The notes beneath the pieces were generated by a model. That model saw only the letters and a program-made list of their open reading frames with translations. It searched no databases and was not told the DNA's origin. The position numbers were made by a program, and so were the translations under genes. A DNA stretch of 41,822 nt from Escherichia phage vB-Eco-KMB41. The stretch is from the sequence record OR539216.1. One strand, 5' to 3'. Positions within the stretch are counted from its first letter, which is position 1. Each line of letters begins with the position of its first letter. Of this stretch, positions 24,813 to 33,876 are shown in pieces.

Positions 24813-26072
24813 TTACGACTGCTTAGGCAGTACCAGGCCGACATATTCCGGCACGAGGACGGAGGTCCCGTACAGGGTAGTGAATCGGCAAGTGGTCACG
24901 CCCGCGATGTGATCGAACGCGTAGGACATGATCAGCGTCGCGCCCTGTTTGGTGGTGGCTCGCATTACCTGCGGACCTTGACCAGTAGGGAACGCCAGAT
25001 TACCGAACATCAGTTCCACGGAGCCGTCGGCCCACAGGAGGTTAGCGTTAGCCGCTGCCTTGTTGATCACGGTCAGCGCTGCGCCGGAGGCCGCGTTCGC
25101 GTCCACGTTCGCGTAAGGGCGAGATGGCACGTCGGCATTGTTCGGCGGCAGGATCTGAGGGGTGATCGTGATGTTGTTGCCGGAAACATCCAGGACGCGG
25201 AACACTTGAGGGGTGTCCGTGGTGTCCTTGCTGATCATGTGAACCATGTTCACGCCCGCGATGGTGAACGCGTCGCCAGCTTCCAGGCCGTGACCAGCGG
25301 AAACGGAGATGATGCCCTGGCGGTTATCGACCGGGAGATCGTTCGCGTCTTTCGCTACGACTTTGTGAGCCGGAGCGGAGGCCAGCGTGATCGCGCCAGT
25401 CGGGCCAGCGCCCAGTCGTGCGGAGATGTCGGTCTGGTACGAGTCAAAGCCCGCAACGTCCGGGATCTTCGCCTTTTCGTAGGCGGTCTGGGTCAGACCT
25501 GCGGCGTATTGACGTCCGCCCAGTTCTTTAGCCAGATCTTTGTAAGAGAACGCGTTCCAGAAGGAGCGCTTATTCACGCCCTGCGGGATGCCGATCGAGG
25601 TGAACTGAGCGCCCACTTGTGCGGCTGCGTCCCACAGATCGAGGCCCAGGGTCCCCTGAGAGTTATCGCCTACCGGGATCACATGGGTAGCGTAACGCGC
25701 TGCGGTAGCGATCAGGTCGGAGTCGATCTTCGCTGCTACACGCTGGCCCGCTGCTCGGCCCATTTCTTTCTTGTGCTCCGGGTCGCGCATCTCGCGAGCG
25801 TCCAATTTCCACAGGACGTTCTGAGGCTCTTTAAAAGCCGACGGGACGAGACGCTGGACGATATCGGTCCCGGTTTTCCCGGTCAGGTCCAGACCTTCGA
25901 TGATATCCGCGTGATAACGCTGCGGACGGTATTCAACGTCCCCGGCGCGTTGCATCGCGGTATCGCTTGGGCGGTATTTCGCGGCGTTCTGCGATACCAC
26001 GCAAGACGCTTCGAAGCTCTCCACATACTCCTCGAAAGCGATTTCGAGGTCCTTCGCTAACTGGTTAGCCAT
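24813..26072 (-). CDS. major capsid (coat) protein, P22 gp5-like
   Basis: Blocks match P22 coat as recalled (AKYRPSDTAMQR, RPYANVDANAASGAALTVIN, LLWADGSVEL); 419 aa; followed by a strong terminator. Confidence 0.9.
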   Translation of the reverse strand: MANQLAKDLEIAFEEYVESFEASCVVSQNAAKYRPSDTAMQRAGDVEYRPQRYHADIIEGLDLTGKTGTDIVQRLVPSAFKEPQNVLWKLDAREMRDPEHKKEMGRAAGQRVAAKIDSDLIATAARYATHVIPVGDNSQGTLGLDLWDAAAQVGAQFTSIGIPQGVNKRSFWNAFSYKDLAKELGGRQYAAGLTQTAYEKAKIPDVAGFDSYQTDISARLGAGPTGAITLASAPAHKVVAKDANDLPVDNRQGIISVSAGHGLEAGDAFTIAGVNMVHMISKDTTDTPQVFRVLDVSGNNITITPQILPPNNADVPSRPYANVDANAASGAALTVINKAAANANLLWADGSVELMFGNLAFPTGQGPQVMRATTKQGATLIMSYAFDHIAGVTTCRFTTLYGTSVLVPEYVGLVLPKQS

Positions 26073-26108
26073 TTATCCTTTCTCCACCGATGGTTAATCG
26101 AATTTAGT

Positions 26109-27107
26109 TTACTTCTTCCGGTTCTTCGCTGCCAGGTAATCCGTATAATCTCCGGTTGCTTCGGCGCGTTTGCGGAGGGCTTCGAGTTGCCCCACGTTCG
26201 CGACGCCGTTCTGGCCTTTGACTTCTGGCGTTTTGTTTACTTCTTTCTTGGCCTTTGGTGCGCGTCCTGCGCGGCTCTCAATATCGCGGATAAGGTAGCC
26301 CAGCCCGATATGGTCCGTATTGTAGGCTTCCTCGACCTGTTTACGCAAATCCGCGTTACGACCGATCGCCATTACGACGCCCGCCGGGTCGTTCTTGCTA
26401 TGGATCATCATTGCCGCCTGGAGTGGTTCCGGCAGTTCTGCGATCACGGCTTCCGCCTTCTCATAGCCCGCAAAGCGTTTTAACGCCTTCGCGCGTTCCG
26501 TCTGGTAGCGCTGCTGGCCTTCGCTGAATTGTTTGCCGAAAACCTCCATGCGCTGGGCTTGCTTTTCCTGGTGCTGCTGCCATGCGGCCTTATCTTCGGT
26601 CCACTTGTCCAGCGCCTCGGCGTACTTCTCCGGGTCCCAGTCGATCCCTTCGTCGCCCATTTCCGGCTTACGCGGCATATCGGCGGGGATGTTCGCTGGA
26701 TCCTTCTTCTGGGTGGATTCCTTGAACTGTTTCTTTTGCTCGCGGAGTTGGGCGCGAAGATGCTTAACCAGATCGGTGTCGCCTTCCTGATCGTCCTCGT
26801 CGGAGGCTTCCACGGTCACAGGCTTGCCGTCGAACAAAAACTCCTCTTGCTCGTCGTCGTCGCCGCCGTTCTCGCCGTTCTCGCCTTCCTTCGCCTTCGG
26901 CTTGCCGTTTTCGTCCAGGTCCTGCTCGTCCGTGTCAGTGTCCGCATTGTCGCGATCCTGCTCGTCCGGGTCGGTGTCCGGGGTGTCGTCGGCGTTGTCG
27001 TTCTGGTCCGCGTTCTCGCTGTTCTGCATAGCTTCATACGCCGCCGCGCCGCCGTCGTTCTCGGTGTGCGGTGCGTAATATTTCAAAAACATTTCACGGA
27101 ATTTCAT
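26109..27107 (-). CDS. scaffolding protein
   Basis: Highly acidic N-terminal half, helical Lys/Glu/Gln-rich body; positioned immediately upstream of coat as in P22 gene 8. Confidence 0.75.
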   Translation of the reverse strand: MKFREMFLKYYAPHTENDGGAAAYEAMQNSENADQNDNADDTPDTDPDEQDRDNADTDTDEQDLDENGKPKAKEGENGENGGDDDEQEEFLFDGKPVTVEASDEDDQEGDTDLVKHLRAQLREQKKQFKESTQKKDPANIPADMPRKPEMGDEGIDWDPEKYAEALDKWTEDKAAWQQHQEKQAQRMEVFGKQFSEGQQRYQTERAKALKRFAGYEKAEAVIAELPEPLQAAMMIHSKNDPAGVVMAIGRNADLRKQVEEAYNTDHIGLGYLIRDIESRAGRAPKAKKEVNKTPEVKGQNGVANVGQLEALRKRAEATGDYTDYLAAKNRKK

Positions 27108-27235
27108 CGTAGATCCTCACTTTGTTACATACGCGATGTATTTCGCCCATCGGTGGCGGGAGTAAGTTTAAGCGAGGGCGGCGGGAAAATGCAAATAGGG
27201 GAGATCGCGATTAACGATCCCCCCAGTGTGGCGGG

Positions 27236-27505
27236 TTATTTCGTGGCGGCTTTTACGAGGGCCTGAGAGAGATAGAGCGCCTCGTGGTGCGGTGGAACCG
27301 AAGCGGGGATCACGTAGTACAGCGCGACGTCCGGGCCTTCTTCGGCGTGGATCCTCTCACTGGCGACGATCCTCCACTTCTCCCCCTCCTCCGGTCCTTC
27401 CAGTATGCCGTCCAGGTCGTGGCGTTCTTCGAGTGTCTGGCCCAGCTTGCGGAGGGCGGACACTCCCCCGCCCGGAAAGGCGAGGTAGTGATGGATTATG
27501 CTCAA
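27236..27505 (-). CDS. hypothetical protein (89 aa)
   Basis: ORF with balanced composition between the 158-aa ORF and scaffold; overlaps upstream gene by 4 nt. Confidence 0.55.
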   Translation of the reverse strand: MSIIHHYLAFPGGGVSALRKLGQTLEERHDLDGILEGPEEGEKWRIVASERIHAEEGPDVALYYVIPASVPPHHEALYLSQALVKAATK

Positions 27506-27978
27506 AATGGAATGTCCAGTGGTTTGTCGTTGTTGTTTGGCGGAAGGATCTCGGCGTCCTCCACCTCCTCGTCCTTGCGTGGGTTAACTTCGCGAGCGCT
27601 GTCCGCCGCTGCCACGTAGTCGCCTTCGATCGGTCCTTTGTAGGTAAGCTGGCGAATGCTGGCAATGTCCGCCAGGAAGCGAGTCTCCGCCACCATGAAG
27701 TCGGCGCGGAGTTTCTGTAGTCCGGCCTCCATGATCGGGAGGGTGATCTCCGCCAGTTCCTCCGGGGATGGCATCACGTAATTCACGACGATCTCCTGTT
27801 TTGAGAGAGTGATCATCGCCGGGACGTCGTTCCGTGACTGGTATTTCTCCACGCTGTAGAGGTCGCCCAGGTCGTGGTCGCTGAGTGTTACGGTCCCGCG
27901 TTTATAATGCGAGTAGCCGCTGTCTTTCTGTTCTGCGACGCAAAGGCAAACGTATTGAGTTTTGGTTACTGTAGGCAT
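27502..27978 (-). CDS. hypothetical protein (158 aa)
   Basis: First ORF downstream of palindromic box site 4 and its hairpin; no recognisable motif. Confidence 0.65.
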   Translation of the reverse strand: MPTVTKTQYVCLCVAEQKDSGYSHYKRGTVTLSDHDLGDLYSVEKYQSRNDVPAMITLSKQEIVVNYVMPSPEELAEITLPIMEAGLQKLRADFMVAETRFLADIASIRQLTYKGPIEGDYVAAADSAREVNPRKDEEVEDAEILPPNNNDKPLDIPF

Positions 27979-28052
27979 TGTCTCGATCTCTCTGGTTTGG
28001 CGGGGCCGTTCCCCGCCGTTGAAATAACTATAACATTTGATAAAAGACGCGT

Positions 28053-28071
28053 TTTAGCAATTCGTGCTCTT
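28053..28071 (-). promoter_or_regulatory. Palindromic box site 4 (TAGCA-ATTCG-TGCTC, one mismatch)
   Basis: Oriented box followed about 22 bp downstream (minus sense) by TATAGT and a GGCGGGG-loop-CCCCGCC hairpin, upstream of 27502..27978; overlaps the stop codon of 28054..28359. Confidence 0.5.
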
Positions 28072-28359
28072 TCTGATTTGAATCTCGTCCCACTCGCTCC
28101 AGTGCTCATACTGAGCCAGCCAGCGGCGGAGACGTTCACGGCGTCGGTAGGTTGCAGCCAGCCCGCGCCCGTCACTTTTCCGTAATTTGATCCGGTGGAG
28201 TACGCGCTCCAGCGGCTCGCCGTCAGGACGGAAACCGCGCAAAATGACCGCCGTCTCCTCCTCGTTAATGTAGATCGTGAACTTGTTACATTTGTGCTCG
28301 CGCAAGTGGGCTTTTACGATGCAAAGCCACTCAATTTTAGAGAGGCGATGTTTTTTCAT
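28054..28359 (-). CDS. hypothetical basic protein (101 aa)
   Basis: ORF visibly more AT-rich than its surroundings; 4-nt overlap with upstream 77-aa ORF; no P22 counterpart at this position. Confidence 0.6.
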   Translation of the reverse strand: MKKHRLSKIEWLCIVKAHLREHKCNKFTIYINEEETAVILRGFRPDGEPLERVLHRIKLRKSDGRGLAATYRRRERLRRWLAQYEHWSEWDEIQIRKSTNC

Positions 28360-28589
28360 GCGTAAGCCCCTTCGAAGGTGGTCAGCGATAAGCCGCTGTA
28401 GTAGTGATTCAGTTCGTACACGACGCCCAGGCCATCAGCCCCGGCGCTTACTGGTTCCAGCACGAGGATTGTTATCCGGTGCGTGTCGGTTCGCTTATCT
28501 TCTGGCAACGGCTCCACGCGCTGGATGTTCTTCGCTGCGATCAGATACTTGTCGCCCGCGCTGTCAATAACTGGAATTAAGCCTCTCAC
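28356..28589 (-). CDS. hypothetical protein (77 aa)
   Basis: ORF with GTG start preceded by AAGGAG SD; forms an overlapping pair with 28054..28359. Confidence 0.55.
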   Translation of the reverse strand: MRGLIPVIDSAGDKYLIAAKNIQRVEPLPEDKRTDTHRITILVLEPVSAGADGLGVVYELNHYYSGLSLTTFEGAYA

Positions 28590-28629
28590 GTTTTGCTCCT
28601 TGTAACTGTTTAGTGATGTGTCGAGGCAA

Positions 28630-28655
28630 AGAATAGCCCGGACTTGCCGGGCTTG
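28630..28655 (-). terminator. Terminator-like hairpin after portal gene (AGCCCGG-loop-CCGGGCT)
   Basis: 7-bp GC stem followed in minus sense by ATTCTTT, about 30 bp downstream of the portal stop. Confidence 0.45.
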
Positions 28656-28683
28656 TCTTTAGCTTTTCGTGCGGTCAGACCAG

Positions 28684-30918
28684 TTAGACGCCTTCGAGTC
28701 CCATCTGGCGGTCTGCGGTCTGCCGGGCTTGCTGCTCTGCCAGTTCCTGCGCCCGCTGGTCGCTCTGCTGGCTGTAGCCCTGGCCCTGAGCCTTGAGGAA
28801 CAGATCCGCCTGTTTGTGGGCGTCGCTGTTCTGCTGGCTCACGTACTTCTGGAGGACGGCGATCGCGTTCAATAGCTGATCCTGCGGGATTGCCGCCGCC
28901 TCTGCCATCGTCTTGACCGTCTGGGCGTTTTTCAGTTGACCGTCGGACGCGGTGCTCTGCGCTTTCAGGGTCAGATCTAAACGCTTGTTCTCCTGCTCCA
29001 TCACTGCGGCCTTGCCCTGGTCGGCTACGCCCTGCGCGGCTACCATTTCGGCGTCCGGCTGGCTCTGGGAGGCTTGCTGGGCCTGGGCGACCATCGCCTT
29101 TTCTTCGTCCGTCTGCGGCTTGATGATGCCATTCAGGAGAAGCTGGCGGCGGCTGTATTCTTTGAAGTCCTGCAAGCCTTCGCCGTCCATGTTCATGATG
29201 ATCAGGCCCATGACTACAGCGGCGTTCGGGTCGCCTGGTGCCATCGACTGGAGGAGATTCGTCAGGCTGCGAACGGTTGCGACGCGCTTCGTCTGGGAGG
29301 ATTCGCCCACGTCGGCCTCGACCTCATATTTCCCGCGCTTGAGGTCGTTAATCGCGATCGCCTCGTCAGTGTCACGGTCGATCACTTTCCCGGTCATTAA
29401 CACGAGATCGTCCGTTCCGTCCTCGTTCTTGATGCGGACATAGTTCTCCGAGCCGTAGACCTTGCGGGCCGCGCTGAGGTAAACGCGTCCGCAATGGCGG
29501 AGGGTTTTCCCCAGGTTGTCCATGTAGAGAGCGCCCTGTCCGTCCATGCGGGCGAAAATGGCCTCCACGGTTTCGGTCGCCAGGTTCGACGGTAGCGCCT
29601 CCACCTGGGACGAGCCGACGATCTGCTGGATAGTGCTCCCGGTGTACTGTAGGACCGCTGCCAGCGCCGGAGAGAGCGGAGTCGATGGCGTGTATCCTAA
29701 CGGCCCGGCTTGCTGCACGACCTCACCAGCGGCATTACGGAGCGATTTCGCGGGCAAGTATGCCGGGCGCTTCGTGTTACGTTCCCCCCAGGCGTCCGCC
29801 AGCTTGCCGGGAATCATATCAATGTCCATGATCGGGATGTTATCGCCGCCAGACTGCGCGGCCTGGTCCGCCATCATGGACACGATCAGGTTTTCCAGAC
29901 GTTGCGCGTCGAGGGCCTGGGTCGCATGACCGCTTACGCGCTCCATGTTGTCGATGAAGGAGCGGCGGGCGTTGAACACGAAGATCGGGATCCACTCGAA
30001 CGGGATCAGCTTCGGCTCCTCCAGCCATTCGCCGCCAGTCATAAGGCCGCAATAGACCTTACGGCGTTTCACCTTGCGGTCCTTCTGGCGCTCCCAGCCT
30101 CCGGCCTTAAGCTCGTCCTCGATCTGTTCGATATCGTCCTCGTCGTAGACCTCCACCTCCCCGGTGATCGGGTTCTTATAGGAGATCACGGTGGTGTCCT
30201 CGATCTTCACCTCGTAGTAGCGGGCGATGTAGATCGCGTCCTTCGTGGCCCAGTCGAATTGTTTCCCGGTATCGATCGCCATCAGGTCCTCCGGTGCGAG
30301 GGCATCGGGATAGCGCTCCTCGTACTTGTCCGGGGTCATGCTGAATAGCTCCGCCATCCACATAGCATCACTGCGATCGTACATTTTGGAGTCCTGATCG
30401 ACGAACAGGCACGAGGCCGGATCATAGATCGGATAAAACACGATATGCCGCGTCTCGTTGTCCGGGTCGAACTCGTCCTCCAGTTCGGTGTCCATGCGGA
30501 AAGCGCCCATTCCCCCGGTCACGCCGTCGTCGTAGGTGTTGTCTACGGCTTCCGGCCCGTTTGACTCCTGGAAGTCGGCGCGAAACTTGCCGTTCAGCTT
30601 GTCCGCCAGTTCCTCGGAGGCCTGGGTGTCTTTCGGGCGGAACGTCACGGAGACGCGGTTCAGGCGGTAGTCGGAAATGATGCGATCGACCTCGCGCCCG
30701 ACTTTGTTAAGTTCGAATCGAGGGTATTTCTGGAAACGCTCGTCGTCCATAGCAAAGCCGGAGTTCGTCGAGCCTTCCCACTGAGCGCCGGGGATGCGGA
30801 CGAAGCGGGCCGTCTCGATCATCTTCTTGCGGCTCTGCTCCTCGCTGCCGATCGCGGCGCTTAATTTGTTTCGGGCGCATTCCTGCCAGTTCTGCGCCTT
30901 CTTCGTGACTCGTGCCAT
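28684..30918 (-). CDS. portal protein (P22 gp1-like)
   Basis: Blocks match P22 portal as recalled (YDRSDA, ARYYEVK, NPITGEVEVY, RKVKRRKVY) with a Gln/Ala-rich helical C-terminal barrel region; 744 aa. Confidence 0.9.
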   Translation of the reverse strand: MARVTKKAQNWQECARNKLSAAIGSEEQSRKKMIETARFVRIPGAQWEGSTNSGFAMDDERFQKYPRFELNKVGREVDRIISDYRLNRVSVTFRPKDTQASEELADKLNGKFRADFQESNGPEAVDNTYDDGVTGGMGAFRMDTELEDEFDPDNETRHIVFYPIYDPASCLFVDQDSKMYDRSDAMWMAELFSMTPDKYEERYPDALAPEDLMAIDTGKQFDWATKDAIYIARYYEVKIEDTTVISYKNPITGEVEVYDEDDIEQIEDELKAGGWERQKDRKVKRRKVYCGLMTGGEWLEEPKLIPFEWIPIFVFNARRSFIDNMERVSGHATQALDAQRLENLIVSMMADQAAQSGGDNIPIMDIDMIPGKLADAWGERNTKRPAYLPAKSLRNAAGEVVQQAGPLGYTPSTPLSPALAAVLQYTGSTIQQIVGSSQVEALPSNLATETVEAIFARMDGQGALYMDNLGKTLRHCGRVYLSAARKVYGSENYVRIKNEDGTDDLVLMTGKVIDRDTDEAIAINDLKRGKYEVEADVGESSQTKRVATVRSLTNLLQSMAPGDPNAAVVMGLIIMNMDGEGLQDFKEYSRRQLLLNGIIKPQTDEEKAMVAQAQQASQSQPDAEMVAAQGVADQGKAAVMEQENKRLDLTLKAQSTASDGQLKNAQTVKTMAEAAAIPQDQLLNAIAVLQKYVSQQNSDAHKQADLFLKAQGQGYSQQSDQRAQELAEQQARQTADRQMGLEGV

Positions 30919-30933
30919 GTTAATCTCCGGGGG

Positions 30934-32556
30934 TTAGCGGTTACTCGGCACATTATAGCCGGAATAATCTTCGTCTTTCACTGCCTCCGGTGGCTGCATT
31001 AACATGCAAAGCACGTCAGCCATCCCCGGCGACTTCATTTTGAGTTTGGTCCGCATCTGCGGCTTAGGCATCCTAGCAAATTTTCCGTTGGTGTTATAAA
31101 TACGCGGAATACGGCACACTTCCGCGCGGAGTTTGGTCATATGCTCCCCGATCCCCTCGCTGTCGAGGCTGATCATCTCGTCCGGGTTGTGATATTCGCC
31201 CTTTACTACCGCCTGGTAGGTCTTTTCGAAGCGCTTCCGTAAGAGGTAGATGTCCTGGGAGCCACGGTTCGCGAACGCGTCCACGTTCTTCTGAATGTTG
31301 TCCCCGCTGGCCTTGTTGTTCAGCCAGTGATCCAGCTCCACCGGGTTGTCCGGGAACTTCACGCCGTCCCCGGCGTTGTAGCCGTCTACGAGGACCTTCG
31401 TCCCGGCGTAAGCCTCCGTGACCTGGCGACGTAAGCCAGCGCCCAGTCCCGCGCGGTCCCACACGAACGCCTCCACGCCGTGATCCTTCGCCGTGTTGAT
31501 CGCCTTGTCTACGCTGTCGTTCGCGTCCCCTTCGAACCACTCCTCCATGTGAGTGACTACGGAGCCGTAGCGCTCGCCGTAAGCCTTGTTATCCGCGCCA
31601 ACGTCCGCCGGGTCGAGTGCGCCGATACGCATCCCCGAAGGCTTCCATCCGAGTTTCTTGTGGGCGTCCACGGCTGCGTCGAACCATTCCGCCGGGATAA
31701 TGGCGTCAGGAACAGAATCGTTAAAATGGCCTTCCCATACGTGGTTAAACAGCGCTTTCGAGAGGGTTACGCGGTCGAACTCCATCTCCGATCGAAGCTC
31801 TGGGGGGAACCACGGATTATCTGACCAGTTCACGCGGATAATCAGGTGGAGATCGTCCTCGTAGATGCCGTCCCGCTGGAGATCCTCCCAGAATGGGATG
31901 AGAAAACGTTGAGAGAACGCATCCTCCGAGGATCCGGGGTTGGCGGTGAACAGCATCATGCCGCCCGTTTCGCGCATGGTCGGGGTTAACTGGCGGAGAG
32001 ACTCGGCGGAAAAGGTCTGCGCCTCCTCGCCCCAGAAGCGACGGAAGCCGAACGCGGACTTAACTCCCGCCGGGTCCCTGGCCATCCCCTTAAATCGGAT
32101 GATCGCGCCGTTGGAGTGGCGGATCTCCTTCTCCAGTACCTCGAAGCCGTCCAGCCCGTAAGCCTCGATCCGGTTGACGAGGAGCGGGTGGACTGAATCC
32201 TTGATCGATGCCTGATACTCACGGAGACACATCGCGCTCGCTGCCTCGTCGTGGGCGTCAGCGTCGATGATCCCCCCGACGGTGAGCGACTTCCCGGAGC
32301 CACGTCCGCCGACCAGGATAATAAAGCGCTTCGGACGGAGGAGGATCGGGGTCAGGACCTCGGCGATCGTGATGTCGTGCGGCTCACTGGTGTAAACCCA
32401 TTCGCCCTTTACTTTTTTCATGTTGTAGAGGTGCTTCGCGCTGGTCCCGTCCGGCTCATATACGCCGTAGATCAGCCCGCCCTCTCGCGCCACGTAAGCG
32501 GCCCGCCCCTCCAGGCGAGCCAGTCGATCGAGATTATCCTTTCTGTTTTTTGCCAT
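30934..32556 (-). CDS. terminase large subunit
   Basis: N-terminal ATPase with Walker A VGGRGSGKS, C-terminal nuclease-like region, position immediately upstream of portal. Confidence 0.9.
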   Translation of the reverse strand: MAKNRKDNLDRLARLEGRAAYVAREGGLIYGVYEPDGTSAKHLYNMKKVKGEWVYTSEPHDITIAEVLTPILLRPKRFIILVGGRGSGKSLTVGGIIDADAHDEAASAMCLREYQASIKDSVHPLLVNRIEAYGLDGFEVLEKEIRHSNGAIIRFKGMARDPAGVKSAFGFRRFWGEEAQTFSAESLRQLTPTMRETGGMMLFTANPGSSEDAFSQRFLIPFWEDLQRDGIYEDDLHLIIRVNWSDNPWFPPELRSEMEFDRVTLSKALFNHVWEGHFNDSVPDAIIPAEWFDAAVDAHKKLGWKPSGMRIGALDPADVGADNKAYGERYGSVVTHMEEWFEGDANDSVDKAINTAKDHGVEAFVWDRAGLGAGLRRQVTEAYAGTKVLVDGYNAGDGVKFPDNPVELDHWLNNKASGDNIQKNVDAFANRGSQDIYLLRKRFEKTYQAVVKGEYHNPDEMISLDSEGIGEHMTKLRAEVCRIPRIYNTNGKFARMPKPQMRTKLKMKSPGMADVLCMLMQPPEAVKDEDYSGYNVPSNR

Positions 32557-32971
32557 AGCCCAGATCCTGGAATGATCGTTCCGTCATATGGAATAAATGC
32601 CCCACCAGATACGCCTCCGGCTCGTCGTTGTTGGCGTCGTGCGTGAATCCAAGCGTGTCGGCGATGAAGTTCTTAACGTGGACCAGTTCGTGGGCGATGG
32701 TCGTCCGCCAGTGCGGCCCACGCTTTACTCCCACTAAGACCAGTTTCACGCCGTCGTCCGCGTGGTACTCCGTGGCGCTGCCCTGCGGGAAAGGATCAAG
32801 CATGGCCCACCGTGGGAAGCATTCGAGCATTTTCCCCACCATCTCCTCGTCCTGCGGGTCGTAACATACAATAAAGTAAGGGTAAGGTGAGGCGGTGAAC
32901 CATTTCAGGCCCAGCGCCTCCAGTCTGCCGTAAGTGTCCGGCGGTAGCTTATTCTTGCGGGTTCTCGCCAT
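32534..32971 (-). CDS. hypothetical protein with HExxH zinc-metallopeptidase-like motif (145 aa)
   Basis: IAHELVHV followed by EPEAY about 25 residues downstream; sits between TerS-like and TerL with 23-nt overlaps on both sides. Confidence 0.55.
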   Translation of the reverse strand: MARTRKNKLPPDTYGRLEALGLKWFTASPYPYFIVCYDPQDEEMVGKMLECFPRWAMLDPFPQGSATEYHADDGVKLVLVGVKRGPHWRTTIAHELVHVKNFIADTLGFTHDANNDEPEAYLVGHLFHMTERSFQDLGYGKKQKG

Positions 32972-33503
32972 TCAGTCGGGCCTCCAGTGCGTCCAGACGC
33001 TTGACCATCTCGGACATTTCGAACACTTCCGCGCCGTGGCGGATCATCTTCACCATTGCCTCCGCCGCGTCGAACGGTAGCTCCCCATTCGCCACCAGGT
33101 CCTCGATCTCGGTGATACGCTCGGACGGGGTGGATCCGGTCAGTTCAAAGCAATAGGTCGGGCTGGTCGGCTTCGTGTAGGGGATTAAGCGGCTCATGAT
33201 ATCGCGCATCATGGATCCGTCTACCATTGCCATCTGGATCGCTCGCTGGATGAAGATATCCTCCGTAAGTTGGATCTCCTCGTACTCGTCAACCATGATC
33301 GGCTCGCCCGTCTCCGGGTCGCGCTTCACCTCGCCAGTGTTGGGATCGACGTCCTCGACCTTGCGCCCGGTGCGCTCCTTGATGCGGACTTTTTTCAGCG
33401 CTTCGAGGAGTAACGTCCGGTTCTGCTTCGCCCGGCCCCGGCGCTCTGGCTGGTTGTCTTTGGAGAACTTCTTCCCCTTCGTTAAATTCTGTTCGTTAGC
33501 CAC
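32949..33503 (-). CDS. putative terminase small subunit
   Basis: Basic N-terminus (KGKKFSKDNQPERRGRAKQNRTLLLEALKK), acidic helical remainder, two genes upstream of TerL; assignment positional and compositional only. Confidence 0.5.
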   Translation of the reverse strand: MANEQNLTKGKKFSKDNQPERRGRAKQNRTLLLEALKKVRIKERTGRKVEDVDPNTGEVKRDPETGEPIMVDEYEEIQLTEDIFIQRAIQMAMVDGSMMRDIMSRLIPYTKPTSPTYCFELTGSTPSERITEIEDLVANGELPFDAAEAMVKMIRHGAEVFEMSEMVKRLDALEARLNGENPQE

Positions 33504-33576
33504 AAAAAAATCCTCCGTTTATCGCCTGAGTCTCACAGGGTTACGCGGAGGATTATCGGCGGTTACGGAACAGTGA

Positions 33577-33876
33577 TCAAGCCCGCTTAAACGAGAGGTC
33601 AGGGCATAGGTGCATATTCTCGGCGGTTATCGGCCAGGGGCTTACGGGGTGATTGAATGCCAGCGTGTCCCGCTTCTTCGCCACATAGCCCCGACTCTTG
33701 CCCTTCGGCTCCGCCAGGCTGGCGCACAGCACACAAGCGCCGTTTGACGTGTACCGGGTGAAGTTCCCGCCGTGGGTCTTGCACTCCGGCCCGTAGTACG
33801 TCCGGGCCTTGAGGAGACGCGCCTCCGCCTTGTTCTTCGCCGTGACCTTGTTCGGCTCCTTGCTCTGCCAGCCCAT
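33577..33876 (-). CDS. hypothetical Cys-containing basic protein (99 aa)
   Basis: Contains GPECKTHGG...ACVLC; overlapping alternative-frame ORF 33599..33991 is Arg/Ala-rich and rejected. Confidence 0.55.
   Translation of the reverse strand: MGWQSKEPNKVTAKNKAEARLLKARTYYGPECKTHGGNFTRYTSNGACVLCASLAEPKGKSRGYVAKKRDTLAFNHPVSPWPITAENMHLCPDLSFKRA

Noticed and set aside
24780-26060. 426-aa plus-strand ORF antisense to the coat gene
   Set aside because: Same antisense artefact; the minus-strand coat protein matches P22 coat blocks and is flanked by a terminator.
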